From a virus, in the IMG/VR virus record IMGVR_UViG_3300037156_000189, positions 10,764 to 74,763 of that record: 64,000 nucleotides of DNA; one strand, written 5' to 3'. Below, one piece after another: positions 63,290-64,000 of this stretch. Numbering within the stretch: the first letter of the stretch is position 1; the number at the start of each line of letters is the position of its first letter. Position numbers and translations under genes: made by a program. The notes beneath the pieces are model-generated. The model had not been told where the DNA came from. It did no database searches and worked only from the letters and a program-made list of their open reading frames with translations.

Positions 63290-64000
63290 CAATGACAATG
63301 AAAAGGATTTTCATCTATCTGTTCCTAACCTTCATTGTCGCCCCTATCTTCGCTCAAATTCCCTCTGGCTTCGTGCAGACCACCGCTACCGTTCCTTCTC
63401 TGGCCAATGGTACTTACGGCGCCGCCTGGACTAACCTCTCTTCTTCGCCGCAGCTTGGCCTGCTCGGCTGCGTTTCAACTTTCCAGACCACCGTCAACGG
63501 AGCGATCGACTCCAAGGGCTATTTTTCAACTCTCTTGGCTGACACCGCGCAAATTTGTCCCACGCCTTCGACCTGGACGTTCACTCTGACCTTTGCCTGT
63601 CCCGGCTCGGCATCTTCCGGCGCGTTTCAGGTCGCTGTTCCTGTAACCGGTGGCGGCGGAACCGAGGACATCACCTCGCAGATCACTGCCGCGCTGCCGG
63701 CCAATCCCTGCGGAGGCGGCTCAGGCGGCCCGGTGTTTTACCCCAGCGCTGTCCAAGGGGCCATCCCCTTTGTTTTGCAAGCTTACCCAACCGTAAAGCT
63801 CGGCAACTCCGGCATAATACAGACTGGTATCCCTGGGACTGCATCACAGACGGATACTTTTCCAGGCACCGTCGCGGCTAGCATTGTCAACACGGTCTAT
63901 TACTCAAACATGTACGCCTCTCTTTCGGCGGGTGTGTCTGCGGCTTGCAACGGTACCGCGCCCGGCAAGCTGGTAGTTCCGGTCGGGACCACCCAAATAT
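63286..64000 (+). CDS. Fibre/spike-like protein with signal peptide; partial
   Basis: Not in the ORF track. MTMTMKRIFIYLFLTFIVAPIFA|QIPSG...; N-terminal domain resembles that of 44446-45714. Confidence 0.8.
   Translation, partial: MTMTMKRIFIYLFLTFIVAPIFAQIPSGFVQTTATVPSLANGTYGAAWTNLSSSPQLGLLGCVSTFQTTVNGAIDSKGYFSTLLADTAQICPTPSTWTFTLTFACPGSASSGAFQVAVPVTGGGGTEDITSQITAALPANPCGGGSGGPVFYPSAVQGAIPFVLQAYPTVKLGNSGIIQTGIPGTASQTDTFPGTVAASIVNTVYYSNMYASLSAGVSAACNGTAPGKLVVPVGTTQI

Noticed and set aside
1-64000. Stop-codon reassignment
   Set aside because: Core genes are full length under code 11 and all three stop codons terminate genes.

Overview
The whole window reads as part of a tailed dsDNA phage genome, most likely podovirus-like. 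The host is unknown; Acidobacteriota is a guess from the signal-peptide style and the CHB_HEX_C-type domain. Left arm (1-20.0 kb, minus strand): a replication module (prim-pol N-terminus, N4/N6 methyltransferase, family A DNA polymerase, DUF2815-type SSB, DUF2800/Cas4-like nuclease, SNF2-type helicase, RuvC-like resolvase), then many small early genes with sigma70-type promoters and a serine resolvase. Transcription diverges at a repeat-rich gap near 20.0-20.4 kb. Right arm (plus strand): Rnl2-type RNA ligase, HerA-like ATPase, a methyltransferase/GT2/GT31-like cassette, four HNH endonucleases, large terminase, portal, scaffold, major capsid, tail tube proteins and ejection proteins. Most unusual signals: (1) four fibre/spike/adhesin-like proteins in the morphogenesis region carry Sec-type signal peptides and paired cysteines; (2) three HNH-AP2 genes share a covarying promoter-plus-cloverleaf leader that pairs over the start codon; (3) an array of protamine-like Arg/Lys micropeptides lies between portal and scaffold; (4) a 68-bp loop-less palindrome lies near the resolvase; (5) there are reading-frame anomalies, including a terL 5' end with no canonical start codon. 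All family assignments come from recognising motifs by eye; no searches were run.
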